Numbered from the stretch's first letter, positions 40,992 to 51,601 are shown. The stretch is DNA of 64,000 bases from an uncultured bacterium (GCA_937920515.1 CALEUG010000003.1:2108-66107); one strand, 5' to 3'. The notes: a model not told the origin generated them from the sequence alone. Translations and numbers: made by a program.

Positions 40992-41757
40992 GCAGCCGGT
41001 TCGCCGGCTCTATTTCCTGCCCAGCGTTTTTACTCTGACCAACGTCTTCTTCGGCTTTCTCAGCCTGACCTCAACCTTCTATGGACGTTACCGCTGGGCG
41101 GCTCTCTGGATCATCATTGCGGCCCTGCTGGACGGGCTGGACGGCCTGGTGGCCAGAGCCACCAGGACCAGCTCTGATTTCGGCATACAGCTGGATTCCC
41201 TGGCCGACGCCATCTCCTTCGCCGCGGCGGCTTCCCTTCTGATGTACTTCTGGGGTCTCAAAGTCCTGGGACCGGCCGGAATATTTTTCAGCTTCCTTTT
41301 CATAGTGGGCGGCTTGCTCCGGCTGGCCCGTTACAACATCAGAACCAAGAGCCTGCCCGACCGGCGCTTTTACCAGGGACTGACCGTGCCTTCAGCCGCC
41401 ATTTTCCTGGCCTCGCTGGTCATATTTAGCCCGGAGCCGAACTATCAAACCTGGAACGCCTTTTACCTGTCCGCCCTGGTGGTAACAGTAAGCCTGCTGA
41501 TGATCAGCACTCTTCGCTACCGGAACTTCGTTTCGTTAATCATTAACCGGCCGGTGGACATGAAAACAGGATTGTTGCTGGCCGTGGTCCTGACCGGACT
41601 GCTTTTCCGTCCGAAATACTTCCTGCTGCTCTTCACCACCATCAACGTTCTCTATGGACCCGTGGATTTCCTGGTGCTGAAATTAAGAAGAAAGGCAGCG
41701 CCCAGAACCGCGGCTGAAAAGCACGAGGCCGGCAAACCCCTCGACTTCAAGGAATAG
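40975..41757 (+). CDS. pssA: CDP-diacylglycerol--serine O-phosphatidyltransferase
   Basis: LPSVFTLTN, DGLDGLVAR...FGIQLDSLADAISF, LRLARYN, GLTVP; overlaps psd. Confidence 0.92.
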   Translation: MKVRIKQPVRRLYFLPSVFTLTNVFFGFLSLTSTFYGRYRWAALWIIIAALLDGLDGLVARATRTSSDFGIQLDSLADAISFAAAASLLMYFWGLKVLGPAGIFFSFLFIVGGLLRLARYNIRTKSLPDRRFYQGLTVPSAAIFLASLVIFSPEPNYQTWNAFYLSALVVTVSLLMISTLRYRNFVSLIINRPVDMKTGLLLAVVLTGLLFRPKYFLLLFTTINVLYGPVDFLVLKLRRKAAPRTAAEKHEAGKPLDFKE

Positions 41758-41770
41758 TCCCGCTGACTTG

Positions 41771-43021
41771 ATGAGAGCCAGAGCCAGGGTCAACCGGAAA
41801 AAAGTACTGGCAGTTGCCATCCTTCTTCTTCTGCTGGCCATTACCATCATTTTCTTGCTTCTCAACAGAAGCTCTGACCAGCCGGCAGCCGTCCCCGGAA
41901 TTCCCGAAGTTAAACAGGAGCTCGAAACCCCGTCACTCGTAACGGAAGAATTCACCATCCCGGCTGGCAAGACCATAACCGAGCTCCTGGCTCCTGCCGG
42001 TTTTTCCCCGGCCCGGGTGATTGAAATCAGGGAAGCCAGCCTGAAGGTCTACGACCTGGCCAGAATCCCGGCCGGCCGGAAGTTCAGGCTGCTCCGGCAG
42101 GGCGAGACCTACACCGTTTTTCAGCTCGACCTTGACCCCGAACGCTACCTGGAGATTGACCTCACGGCCTCTCCCCCTGCAGCCAGCATCAAATCCCATC
42201 CGGTCACCAGGCAGCTGGTTCTGGTCGAGGGAATTATCAAGGATTCCCTGATCGGAGCCATAAACCAGGCCGGAGAGCAGGACCTTCTGGCCCTGATGAT
42301 GGCCGAAATTTTTGGCTGGGTTATAGATTTTTACGTTGACCTCAGGCCGGATGACAGCTTCCGGCTGCTGGTTGAAAAGAAATTTATCAACGGCCAGTTC
42401 AGCGGTTACGGCCCGATCCTGGCTGCCCGGTTTGTCAACAGGAACCGGGTTTTTGAAGCCTACCGCTATGTATTTCCAGATACCGGTAAGGCCGATTATT
42501 TTGAGGCCGGCGGTGGATCGCTTCGAAAGGAATTCCTGAAATCGCCCCTGCGTTATGCCAGGATTACCTCGCGCTTTAGCTCCAGCCGGCTTCACCCCAT
42601 TCGCAAGATTTACCGTCCCCACTACGGAATAGATTATGCTGCTCCCGTGGGCACCCCGGTCCAGGCCACGGCCGACGGCGTGGTGACCTTTGCCGGCTGG
42701 AACGGGGCTGCCGGCCGGATGGTCAGAGTCCGCCATAAAAACGCCTACGAAACCATGTACCTCCATCTCGGGTCGATCGCCCCCGGGATTAAAACCGGGG
42801 CCCGGGTTGAAGGCGGTCAGGTCATTGGTTACGTCGGGTCCAGCGGCGAGTCGACCGGTCCCCATCTTGATTACCGTCTCCTTTACCACGGCAAGTATGT
42901 CAACCCCCTGAGCTGGAAATTCCAGCCGGCCGAACCCCTCCCCCCGCGATACCAAGCGGATTTCGAACAGAAGGTCAGGGTGCTGCAGATGCTCCTTCTT
43001 TTCCCGGCAACTTACTTTTAG
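41771..43021 (+). CDS. M23-family peptidoglycan DD-endopeptidase (MepM-like)
   Basis: N-terminal TM anchor; HYGIDYAAP (HxxxD), YLHL, STGPHLD (HxH variant HLD), VNP. Confidence 0.9.
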   Translation: MRARARVNRKKVLAVAILLLLLAITIIFLLLNRSSDQPAAVPGIPEVKQELETPSLVTEEFTIPAGKTITELLAPAGFSPARVIEIREASLKVYDLARIPAGRKFRLLRQGETYTVFQLDLDPERYLEIDLTASPPAASIKSHPVTRQLVLVEGIIKDSLIGAINQAGEQDLLALMMAEIFGWVIDFYVDLRPDDSFRLLVEKKFINGQFSGYGPILAARFVNRNRVFEAYRYVFPDTGKADYFEAGGGSLRKEFLKSPLRYARITSRFSSSRLHPIRKIYRPHYGIDYAAPVGTPVQATADGVVTFAGWNGAAGRMVRVRHKNAYETMYLHLGSIAPGIKTGARVEGGQVIGYVGSSGESTGPHLDYRLLYHGKYVNPLSWKFQPAEPLPPRYQADFEQKVRVLQMLLLFPATYF

Positions 43022-43229
43022 TCTTCCCCACCGGCAGAAAAATTTTCCTGGCAGCCGCGGCCCGGAGGTGCACGTCGCTGGTCAGCCCACCTATCAAATC
43101 AAACAGAGCGCAATTTCGACCACAATTCCCTGCCCAGGAGAATTTTCCCTGGCCGGCAAATCTCTCATCACCCTGGCAATTCCGGCCCTGGCTGTTAACC
43201 GGAACTTCACCCGTATGAAAAAAAGGCGT

Positions 43230-43258
43230 TTGACTTGAGATAGCCATCCGCATAAATT
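43230..43258 (+). promoter_or_regulatory. Putative sigma70 promoter of FBP aldolase/phosphatase
   Basis: TTGACT, 17 nt, TAAATT; SD GGAGG before ATG 43290. Confidence 0.55.
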
Positions 43259-43289
43259 TATTAGCGGGAATCAACTTCTGGAGGCAAAC

Positions 43290-44390
43290 ATGAAAATCAC
43301 CATCAGTGTCTTGAAAGCCGATATCGGCAGCATCGGCGGCCATATCAAGCCCAGCCTGGCCCTTCTCCAGGAAATCAGGAATTTCATGGCCGCCAGCAGC
43401 CGTGACCTGTTGATTGATTATTACATCAGCTCAACCGGTGATGACATCGCCATCCTCTGCACTCATACCCGGGGAACCGGGGACAAGCAGGTCCACCAGC
43501 TGGCCTGGGAAGCCTTCCAGGCCGGGACAGCCGTGGCCAGGAAGACCGGGCTGTATGGAGCAGGCCAGGACCTGCTAAAGGATTCTTTTTCTGGAAACGT
43601 CAAGGGCCTGGGACCGGCCGTGGCCGAAATGGAAATCGAGGAAAGGGAAAACGAACCGTTTCTTTTCTTCGCAGCCGATAAAACCGACCCCGGGGCCTAT
43701 AACCTGCCATTTTACCTGGCCTTCGCCGACCCCATGTACTGCTCCGGTCTTATCCTCAGCCCGAAAATGAGCCAGGGTTATAAATTCCGCATCATCGATG
43801 TCAGCTACATCGAAAAGAACAGGGTAATCGAACTGGTGGCGCCAGAAGAACTTTACGACATCGCCGCCCTGCTGCGGGACACGGAAAAATACGTCATCGA
43901 AAGCATCTGGTCACGCAGCACCGGAAACCAGGCCGTGGCCATTTCCACCCAGCGCCTGCACAACATCGCCGGCAAGTACACCGGAAAAGACGACCCGGTG
44001 GCTCTGGTCCGGGTCCAGGGAGAGTTCCCGGCCACCGGAGAAGTCCTGGCTCCGTTCAACATCGGGCATTATGTGGCCGGCTTCATGCGCGGCAGCCACA
44101 TCGGACCGCTGATGCCCTGCCGGCTCAACGCCACCGTATCTTATTTTGACGGCCCGCCGGTGGTGACCGGAGCGGCCTTTTCCATGAAGGAAGGGCGCCT
44201 CTCAGAGCCGGCCGATGTTTTCGACCATCCCTACTGGGACGCTATTCGGGCCCAGATTGCTCAAAAGGCCTCGGAAATCAGGCGCCAGGGATTCTGCGGA
44301 CCTTCGATGCTGCCCTACTCCGAGCTGGAGTACGGCGGGGTGGTGGAAAAATTGAAGCAGCTGGAAAAGAGGTTTGCCCTTTCTGATTGA
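43290..44390 (+). CDS. fbp: Bifunctional fructose-1,6-bisphosphate aldolase/phosphatase (class V FBPase)
   Basis: [46 protein letters not shown] (Schiff-base Lys), GFMRGSH.GP, FDGPP, ELEY. Confidence 0.96.
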   Translation: MKITISVLKADIGSIGGHIKPSLALLQEIRNFMAASSRDLLIDYYISSTGDDIAILCTHTRGTGDKQVHQLAWEAFQAGTAVARKTGLYGAGQDLLKDSFSGNVKGLGPAVAEMEIEERENEPFLFFAADKTDPGAYNLPFYLAFADPMYCSGLILSPKMSQGYKFRIIDVSYIEKNRVIELVAPEELYDIAALLRDTEKYVIESIWSRSTGNQAVAISTQRLHNIAGKYTGKDDPVALVRVQGEFPATGEVLAPFNIGHYVAGFMRGSHIGPLMPCRLNATVSYFDGPPVVTGAAFSMKEGRLSEPADVFDHPYWDAIRAQIAQKASEIRRQGFCGPSMLPYSELEYGGVVEKLKQLEKRFALSD

Positions 44391-44433
44391 CTTTTTTTAC
44401 CGCAGGCGGTATTTTAGCCGGGAAGAACCCGGA

Positions 44434-45150
44434 ATGAGCGAAAGAAAGCATCCTGTCCCGGCTGTCGACCTGATCATTGAAATCAGGCTGCCCGACGGAA
44501 GGACAGGCATAGTCCTGATCGAAAGGAAAAATCCGCCACCGGGCTGGGCCCTTCCCGGCGGTTTTGTGGATTATGGCGAAACTCTGGAACAGGCCGCCAT
44601 CCGCGAAGCCAGGGAAGAGACTTCTCTCAACGTGGAACTCGTTCGGCAGTTCCATACCTATTCGGACCCCGGACGGGACCCGAGAGGCCACACCATATCC
44701 ACCGTGTTCATCGCCCGGGCAGAAGGAATGCCCGAAGCGGCCGACGATGCCCGAAAAACCGCTGTTTTTACAAGGGAAGAAATAAACTTTCCTCTGGCCT
44801 TTGACCACCGGCAGATTCTTGATGATTACTTTGCCTGGCGGGAAAAACATCCCGCTGAACAGGACCAGTATGAATCCATATCCCCTGAGCCGTCGCTTCA
44901 GACAGATCAGGTCCAGGAAGATACGCTGGCCGAGCTGACACGGGTCTGGAGCCTGGCCGAGGCCGAAGTCATCAAGAGCTTATTGGGCACAAACGGCATA
45001 TATTGTCTGCTCAAGGGCCAGATAGTTCATTCCATCTATCCTTTCACCATGGACGGACTCGGAGAAACCATAATCATGGTGCTCCAGAAAGACCTGGAAA
45101 AAGCCCGTCAATTACTGGAAGAGTACTCACCTCCCAGGACCGGAGACTGA
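44434..45150 (+). CDS. NUDIX hydrolase (ADP-ribose pyrophosphatase-like) fused to a DUF2007-like C-terminal domain
   Basis: [26 protein letters not shown] Nudix box, DPGRDPR, LAFDH; tail [12 protein letters not shown]...GLGE..IMV...DLEKARQLL. Confidence 0.85.
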   Translation: MSERKHPVPAVDLIIEIRLPDGRTGIVLIERKNPPPGWALPGGFVDYGETLEQAAIREAREETSLNVELVRQFHTYSDPGRDPRGHTISTVFIARAEGMPEAADDARKTAVFTREEINFPLAFDHRQILDDYFAWREKHPAEQDQYESISPEPSLQTDQVQEDTLAELTRVWSLAEAEVIKSLLGTNGIYCLLKGQIVHSIYPFTMDGLGETIIMVLQKDLEKARQLLEEYSPPRTGD

Positions 45151-45220
45151 CCCGTTCCGCCTCCCTATTTCTCTCTGTTAACATCCCCGAAAAATAATTT
45201 ACTTTGATGGGATTTTTTTC

Positions 45221-45284
45221 TTGACTTTTACAATTTTCTTTCTTATATTTAACTCAAAATGGGATAAAACGGGATAAAATGGGA
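45221..45284 (+). promoter_or_regulatory. dcw promoter and MraZ-binding direct repeats
   Basis: TTGACT (45221), 17 nt, TATATT (45244); then TGGGA/CGGGA/TGGGA at 45260, 45270 and 45280 (10-nt period). Confidence 0.75.
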
Positions 45285-45761
45285 AAAGAAGCCGCCAACA
45301 ACCTGCTGATCGGAAGCTACTCAGCTCGCCTCGACCGAAGCGGCCGGTTGAAAATTCCCGAAAAATTCCGCGACCTCATCGAACAGGTTTACGGTAAAGA
45401 TGTTTTCATAACTTCTCTTACCGATGAAGCTGTTCAGCTGTATCCACTGGCGGTCTGGGAACAGATGACCAGCATCGCCAACGAGGGAGCCCTGACGCTC
45501 CGTCCCGACGTCAGGCGCTTCCTGTTGCGGGTTAACCTGAAAGGAAGTCATCATCAGATCGACGCCAAGGGAAGAGTGTTGATCAGCCAGACGCTCCGCG
45601 AAAAAGCCAGGCTGAACACCGAAGTGGAGGTGATAGGACTTAATAACCATCTGGAAATCTGGAATAAAGAAGTTCTGGAATCAATAATCGAGAAGCGACC
45701 CCTGAGCGAGGAGGATTTCGAAAATATTGCCCGTCTTGTCCCCCGAGGAAAGACTGAATGA
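45279..45761 (+). CDS. mraZ: Division/cell-wall cluster transcriptional repressor MraZ
   Basis: LDRSGRLKIP and IDAKGRVLI AbrB-like repeats, HLEIWN. Confidence 0.95.
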   Translation: MGKEAANNLLIGSYSARLDRSGRLKIPEKFRDLIEQVYGKDVFITSLTDEAVQLYPLAVWEQMTSIANEGALTLRPDVRRFLLRVNLKGSHHQIDAKGRVLISQTLREKARLNTEVEVIGLNNHLEIWNKEVLESIIEKRPLSEEDFENIARLVPRGKTE

Positions 45762-46660
45762 AAGATTACGGGCACAGGCCAGTCCTGGTTGAAGAAGCAC
45801 TGGCCTTTTTACAGGCCTCGCGCCCGGGGCTCTACATAGATTGCACTATAGGCCTGGGGGGACACGCTCTGGAGATTCTGAGGAGAAATCCCGGAGCCAG
45901 AATAATCGGGTTTGACCTGGATGAACTGTCACTCAGGGCTGCGGCCAGAAGGCTGGCCGAATACCAGGACCGGGTCAAGCTGTTTCAACTGGATTTCAGA
46001 GAGATGCTCGACGTGGAGGAGCTTGTTCCCTTTGAGGAAGTTAAGGGCGTGCTGGCCGACCTTGGAATTTCTTCCTTTCAGCTCGATAACCCGGAGCGAG
46101 GTTTCAGTTTCAACCTGGAAGGCCCGCTGGACATGAGAATGGATACGAGACAGAAGACCACCGCCGAAAAGATCCTTATGACTTATCCTGAAGCCCGGCT
46201 GGCTGAGATATTCAAGAAGTACGGAGAGCTGCATCACACCCGTTTGCTGGCCCGTAAAATTGCCAGCCAGCGCAAGCTGGGGCTCTTAAAAAATACCACC
46301 GACCTGAAGAAGCTGGTGGAAGAGGTCTACCGCTGGGTTCCGCAAAAGAACCATCTGCACCCGGCAGCCAGGGTTTTTCAGGCCTTGAGGATAGAGGTCA
46401 ACCAGGAGCTTAAAAACCTGGATGTTTTTCTCGACCGGCTGGTCAGGAAATGCCTGCCCGGCACCAGGCTGGTGGTGATTTCCTTCCATTCCCTGGAAGA
46501 CCGTTTGGTAAAAAAAGCTTTCCAGAGCCTGGCTTCCGGGGAAAACGGTCAGCCGCTGGTCAAAATTCTGACCCGCAAGCCGGTCCAGCCATCCCCGGAA
46601 GAAATAGAAGCCAATTCTCGCAGCCATTCGGCCAAGCTCCGGGCCGCGGAGCGAATATGA
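45758..46660 (+). CDS. rsmH: 16S rRNA m4C1402 methyltransferase
   Basis: HRPVL, DCTIGLGGH, DLGISSFQLD..ERGFSF, PLDMRM, FQALRIEVN, ISFHSLEDR, SAKLR. Confidence 0.97.
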   Translation: MKDYGHRPVLVEEALAFLQASRPGLYIDCTIGLGGHALEILRRNPGARIIGFDLDELSLRAAARRLAEYQDRVKLFQLDFREMLDVEELVPFEEVKGVLADLGISSFQLDNPERGFSFNLEGPLDMRMDTRQKTTAEKILMTYPEARLAEIFKKYGELHHTRLLARKIASQRKLGLLKNTTDLKKLVEEVYRWVPQKNHLHPAARVFQALRIEVNQELKNLDVFLDRLVRKCLPGTRLVVISFHSLEDRLVKKAFQSLASGENGQPLVKILTRKPVQPSPEEIEANSRSHSAKLRAAERI

Positions 46661-46959
46661 GCATGGTCAGGAAAAAATTTAGCTGGAAACAGGTAGCCCT
46701 GGGAGCCGGGCTGGCCTTGCTGTTACTGGGCAACCTGACCTTTTACATCTGGTACCAGAGCGAGTCGGTTCGGCTGGGCTACCAGATTCATGAGCTGGAG
46801 ATGAAAGTAGATAAGCTTAAAGAAGAAATCAAGAGGCTGGAAACCAGGAAGGAAGCCCTGCTATCTCTTGAAAGGATTGACCGGGTGGCCCGGAACGAAC
46901 TCCAGCTCCAGGACCCTCAGCCCGACCAGGTCATTTTCGAAAAGCAGGTGGTAAAATGA
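46657..46959 (+). CDS. ftsL: Cell division protein FtsL
   Basis: Between rsmH and ftsI; single TM plus coiled coil, LSLERIDRVARNELQL..P motif; ATG overlaps the rsmH stop. Confidence 0.85.
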   Translation: MSMVRKKFSWKQVALGAGLALLLLGNLTFYIWYQSESVRLGYQIHELEMKVDKLKEEIKRLETRKEALLSLERIDRVARNELQLQDPQPDQVIFEKQVVK

Positions 46960-48743
46960 AACTGATTCTCCAGGACCGGTCACCGTTTTCCACCAGCCAC
47001 CGCAGGAAGGTTAAGTTCATTCTGGTGGCCGTCCTCTTCTGGTTTACAGTCATAGTCGTCCGGCTGCTGGAACTCCAGGTCCTGGAACACAAAAAATTAA
47101 AGGCCGAGGTGCTGGAACAAAGTCAGGACCTGATCACCGTCCTTCCCACCAGGGGGACGATTTTCGACCGCAACGGAAAAATCCTGGCCCGGAGCCTTCC
47201 GGCCGCCTCGGTGTTTTTTTCCCCGGTTAAGGGAGAAAACCTGGACCAGCAACTCCAGAGCATCCACCGCTTAAAAAATCTGCTGGACTTAAAGGACCAG
47301 GAAGTAAGAAAAATCGTCGGTTCCATAGAAAAGAGGAAACGGTTTACCTGGGTCAAAAGAAAAATATCGCTGGAACTGGCGGAGAAGGTCCGGAGCCTCA
47401 AGCTTCCCGGTATTTACCTGCTGGAAGAAAACAAAAGGTTCTACCCCCAGGGCCAGCTGGCTGCCCATGTCCTGGGCGGGGTCAACGTGGACGACTTCGG
47501 CCTGGCCGGCGTGGAATATTATTACAACTCCCTGCTGCGGGGAGAAGAGGGTCAGCAGCTGATAATGAAGGATGCCCGCAAGAGGGAATTCTTCATCGAA
47601 ACCATCAAGGAAACCAGGCCCGGCCAGGACCTCTACCTGACGATAGATTCCACCATCCAGTATATCGCCGAAAAAGAATTGCAGCGGGCGGTGGAAAAAC
47701 ACCAGGCCAGCTGGGGCACCATCATCATCTCGCTGCCGCAAACAGGTGAAGTCCTGGCCATGGCCAGCTACCCGTCCTACGACCCGAACCACTTCCCCCC
47801 GCCAGAGAATATTATGCCCAACCGGGCCATCCAGCATACCTATGAACCCGGCTCGACTGTCAAGATGGTCACGGCCGCAGCCGCCCGGGAACTGGCCGGA
47901 ATTGACTGGAATACTTATTACGATTGCAGCCAGGGTTACCTGGTTTTCGGTGGAACAATGGTGCGAGACCACGTCCGGATGGGTGTGCTGAGCTTTCCCC
48001 GGGTCTTCATTCATTCTTCCAACGTCGGCACCATAAAAATCGCCGAACGGGTCGGCGCCGAAAATATTTACCGGATGTTTCGGTCCTTCCGCTTTGGCGA
48101 GAAGACCGGCATCGACCTGCCCGGAGAGGAAGCCGGTATCCTCCATCCGCTGGAAAAGTGGCGGAAATCGTCTCTCCGGGTGGCCATCGGCTATGAAATC
48201 TCGGTCACTCCCATCCAGATACTGAGGACTTTGAACGTTTTTGCCAGCGGCGGTTACCTGGTAAGACCCAGGGTCAGGCTGGAACAGCCTTCTCCCCTGT
48301 CCGGAATCATCAACGCCGCCCTTGAGCCTCCGGCCGGGAGCCAGCCCGTTCTCAGTCCGGAAACCGTCCGAAGTTTAATTGACCTGGTTCTGCAGCCGGC
48401 GGTGGAAGCGGGCACCGGCCGGGAAGCCGGCCTGCCCGGCTACCCTATGGCCGGGAAGACCGGAACCGCCCAGAAATATGACCCGGAACTCAGGGCTTAT
48501 TCCAGGAAAAATCACGTGGCCTCTTTTGCCGGATTTGTTCCGGCCGACCAACCCCTGGTTTCCATGGTAGTGGTCATAGACGAACCTCGGGGCCAGTTTC
48601 ATTATGGAGGGCAGGTGGCTGCCCCCGTTTTCAGGGAGGTGGCCAGGAAAGTCCTGCTCTACCTCAATCAACCCCCGAAAAAATTGCCAGAAGGCCTGAT
48701 TCTGGCCAGAAAAGAAGCCTCGACCGCAGGAGTGACTGACTGA
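46956..48743 (+). CDS. ftsI: Class B penicillin-binding protein FtsI/PBP3
   Basis: RGTIFDRNG, RFYPQG, EPGSTVK (SxxK), SSN, KTGTAQ. Confidence 0.95.
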   Translation: MKLILQDRSPFSTSHRRKVKFILVAVLFWFTVIVVRLLELQVLEHKKLKAEVLEQSQDLITVLPTRGTIFDRNGKILARSLPAASVFFSPVKGENLDQQLQSIHRLKNLLDLKDQEVRKIVGSIEKRKRFTWVKRKISLELAEKVRSLKLPGIYLLEENKRFYPQGQLAAHVLGGVNVDDFGLAGVEYYYNSLLRGEEGQQLIMKDARKREFFIETIKETRPGQDLYLTIDSTIQYIAEKELQRAVEKHQASWGTIIISLPQTGEVLAMASYPSYDPNHFPPPENIMPNRAIQHTYEPGSTVKMVTAAAARELAGIDWNTYYDCSQGYLVFGGTMVRDHVRMGVLSFPRVFIHSSNVGTIKIAERVGAENIYRMFRSFRFGEKTGIDLPGEEAGILHPLEKWRKSSLRVAIGYEISVTPIQILRTLNVFASGGYLVRPRVRLEQPSPLSGIINAALEPPAGSQPVLSPETVRSLIDLVLQPAVEAGTGREAGLPGYPMAGKTGTAQKYDPELRAYSRKNHVASFAGFVPADQPLVSMVVVIDEPRGQFHYGGQVAAPVFREVARKVLLYLNQPPKKLPEGLILARKEASTAGVTD

Positions 48744-48744
48744 A

Positions 48745-50211
48745 ATGAAGCTATCGGAATTATTGAAATATGTTCGGGTGGTAAGCCTTTCGGCAGCCGC
48801 AGACCCGGAAATTACGGGAATCGCCTACTCTTCTAAGAAGGTCGAACCCGGTAACATCTTCATCGCCCTTAAAGGACAGAGAGCAGACGGCCATGATTTC
48901 CTGCCAGAAGCCCTGGAACGCGGGGCCGCGGCCATAGTCTCTGAAAGGCCACGCCCGCCGGCACTTGACCGGGCCTGGGTCCAGGTACTGGATGGCCGCG
49001 AGGCTATGGCCCTGCTGGCCGCCGGCTTCTACGGCCACCCCTCTTCCCGTTTGAAGGTGGTCGGCATTACCGGTACCAAGGGAAAAACAACCATCACCTA
49101 TATTCTGGAAGAAATTCTTAACTCCGCCGGCTTCAAGCCTGGAGTGGTCGGCACCGTGGAATACCGCTGGCCCGGCCGGCAGTTCTCGGCTGAAAGAACC
49201 ACGCCCGAAGCGCCGGACATCCAGAAATTCCTGCGGCAGATGGTGGAGGAAGGGGTCAGCCATTGCCTGATGGAGGTTTCTTCTCATTCCCTGGAACTCA
49301 AGCGGGTCTGGGGAATCGGTTTCGACGTGGCCATCTTCACCAACCTCAGCGGGGAGCACCTCGACTACCACCAGACCATGGAAAACTACTTTGAGGCCAA
49401 GAAGAAATTATTTTTCCTGAACCATAAACGGCAGGCTTCGATCGTCAACATCGATGACCCCTGGGGAGAAAGGTTGCTGTCGGAACTGCCGATGCAGACC
49501 ATCAGCTTTGGCTTCAAGCCGGAAGCCGTGGTCAGGGTCGAAAAGTTCAGCATCAACCAGGAAGGAATGACGGCCACCGTCTCCTCGCCTCTCGGGCAGC
49601 TGACCTTCACTTCCGGCCTGATCGGCAAACACAATCTTTATAATTTCCTGGCAGCCATTTCGGCCGCCCTGGTCCTGGCCATTCCGGTTCCGGATATCAT
49701 CAAAGGAATTTCTTCCGTCAAAAGGATTCCCGGCCGTTTTGAGAGCGTCCCCAATCGTCTGGGAATAAACGTCATCGTGGATTACGCTCACACCGACGGG
49801 GCCCTGGAAAACCTGCTGCAGGCCATCCGCAGCCTTAACCCCAGGAAAGTCATCCTGGTCTTTGGCTGTGGCGGCGACCGCGACCGGCTGAAACGACCGC
49901 GGATGGGAGAGGTGGCGGCCAGGCTGGCCGACTGGACCATCATCACTTCCGACAATCCCCGGTCCGAGGAACCGGAGCAGATAATCACGGAAATAGAACA
50001 CGGATTCCACCGGCTGGGCAATCACAACTACGAAAAAATTGTCGACCGGCGCCGGGCCATAGAGGCCGCCCTGGCCCAGGCCAGAAAAGGAGACTGGGTG
50101 GTCATTGCCGGCAAGGGTCATGAGAATTACCAGGTTTTCAAAGACCGGACTGTTCCCTTCAGCGACGTGGAGACGGCCCGGGAAATAATACTCACTCTGG
50201 AGAGGAAATAG
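48745..50211 (+). CDS. murE: UDP-MurNAc-tripeptide synthetase (meso-DAP-adding type)
   Basis: GITGTKGKTT, TTPE, MEVSSH, HLDYH, VDYAHT, FGCGGDRD, SDNPR (DAP-type), AGKGHE. Confidence 0.96.
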   Translation: MKLSELLKYVRVVSLSAAADPEITGIAYSSKKVEPGNIFIALKGQRADGHDFLPEALERGAAAIVSERPRPPALDRAWVQVLDGREAMALLAAGFYGHPSSRLKVVGITGTKGKTTITYILEEILNSAGFKPGVVGTVEYRWPGRQFSAERTTPEAPDIQKFLRQMVEEGVSHCLMEVSSHSLELKRVWGIGFDVAIFTNLSGEHLDYHQTMENYFEAKKKLFFLNHKRQASIVNIDDPWGERLLSELPMQTISFGFKPEAVVRVEKFSINQEGMTATVSSPLGQLTFTSGLIGKHNLYNFLAAISAALVLAIPVPDIIKGISSVKRIPGRFESVPNRLGINVIVDYAHTDGALENLLQAIRSLNPRKVILVFGCGGDRDRLKRPRMGEVAARLADWTIITSDNPRSEEPEQIITEIEHGFHRLGNHNYEKIVDRRRAIEAALAQARKGDWVVIAGKGHENYQVFKDRTVPFSDVETAREIILTLERK

Positions 50212-50212
50212 A

Positions 50213-51601
50213 ATGGCCGTTTTGTCTCTGGGACAGGTAGCGCAGCTGGTCGGAGGCCGCTTGCTTCAGGGCCGGCCCGAGGCTCTGATCCTGTCCTACA
50301 TCTTTGATTCCAGGCAGGCCACCCCGGGAGCCCTGTTTTTTGCTCTCAGGGACAGGCGAGACGGCCATCAGTTCGTCCGCGACGCGCGGGAGAAAGGCGC
50401 GGCGGCCGCCTGCATCTCCCAGGATGTGGGCAGTTTCCCGCCGGACTTCGGGTTGATAAAAGTCGACGATACCCTGAAGGCCCTGCAAACCCTGGCTGCC
50501 CGGTGGCTCAACCTCCATCCGGTCAAGGTCGTGGGCATCACCGGCAGCGTGGGCAAGACTTCAACCAAGGAATTTACCGCCCGCCTGCTCCAGGAAAAAT
50601 TCCAGGTGCTGAAATCGCCCGGCAATTTCAACAACCAGATCGGCCTGCCCATCTCCATACTATCAATGAACGGCTCCCAGGAAATCGCCATCCTGGAAAT
50701 GGGGATGAGCCAGCCTGGAGAAATCAGGCAGCTTACCGAAATCGCCCCGCCCGACGTGGCGGTTATAACCCGCATTGCCCCGGTTCACCTGGAGTTCTTC
50801 CGGGACCTGGAAGAGATAGCCCTGGCCAAGAAAGAAATCCTGGACGGGGCCAGGCCGGGGGCCCTGGCGGTACTGAACGGTAATGACCCTCTTCTCAGAA
50901 AAATCGGCTCGGCCTGGAGAGGTGGCCGGGTGATGTATTACGGCCTTGGGCAGGATTTTCCGGTCAGGGCCGAAAACATTGAACATCTCGGGCTTCAGGG
51001 CATTCGCCTTGAACTTGTCATGGGAGAGGAACGGGCTTCTCTCCGGGTGCCTTTCCTGAACCAGGCCCTGGTCTCAAACCTCCTGGCTGCCTGCGCCGTG
51101 GCCCATTCCTTCAGACTTAAAATCCAGGAGCTTCTGCCGGCTCTCCATGACCTGCCAGCCATAGAACACCGTGGCCAGCTCCTGGAATTAAAGAACGGAA
51201 TTAGAGTCTACGATGATTCTTACAATTCCAACCCGGTGGCGTTAAAAGCCGTGCTGGAGAGCCTGGGCCGCATTCCGGCCCGCCGGAAAATCGCGGTCCT
51301 GGGCGACATGCTGGAACTCGGCCCGGAAGAAATTAACTTTCACCGCCAGGCCGGGGCCAGGATTCCCGAAAACAGCTGGGATGTCCTGGTAACCGTTGGC
51401 CCGAGGGCCAGGCACCTGGCCGAAGCGGCAGTAGAAAACGGATTCAACCCCCGGTCTGTCCATTCCTTCGATGAAGCCCTGGAGGCAGCCGGCTGGCTGC
51501 TTGATTTTATCCAGGCCGGGGACCTGGTTCTTATCAAGGGTTCCCACGGCCTGGCCCTCGACCGCATAGTGACTTTTCTAAAAAAAGAGAAGGAGGCCTG
51601 A
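50213..51601 (+). CDS. murF: UDP-MurNAc-pentapeptide synthetase
   Basis: DSR, DGHQF, GITGSVGKTSTKE, NNQIGLP, EMGM, DSYNSNP, LGDMLELG, KGS. Confidence 0.96.
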   Translation: MAVLSLGQVAQLVGGRLLQGRPEALILSYIFDSRQATPGALFFALRDRRDGHQFVRDAREKGAAAACISQDVGSFPPDFGLIKVDDTLKALQTLAARWLNLHPVKVVGITGSVGKTSTKEFTARLLQEKFQVLKSPGNFNNQIGLPISILSMNGSQEIAILEMGMSQPGEIRQLTEIAPPDVAVITRIAPVHLEFFRDLEEIALAKKEILDGARPGALAVLNGNDPLLRKIGSAWRGGRVMYYGLGQDFPVRAENIEHLGLQGIRLELVMGEERASLRVPFLNQALVSNLLAACAVAHSFRLKIQELLPALHDLPAIEHRGQLLELKNGIRVYDDSYNSNPVALKAVLESLGRIPARRKIAVLGDMLELGPEEINFHRQAGARIPENSWDVLVTVGPRARHLAEAAVENGFNPRSVHSFDEALEAAGWLLDFIQAGDLVLIKGSHGLALDRIVTFLKKEKEA

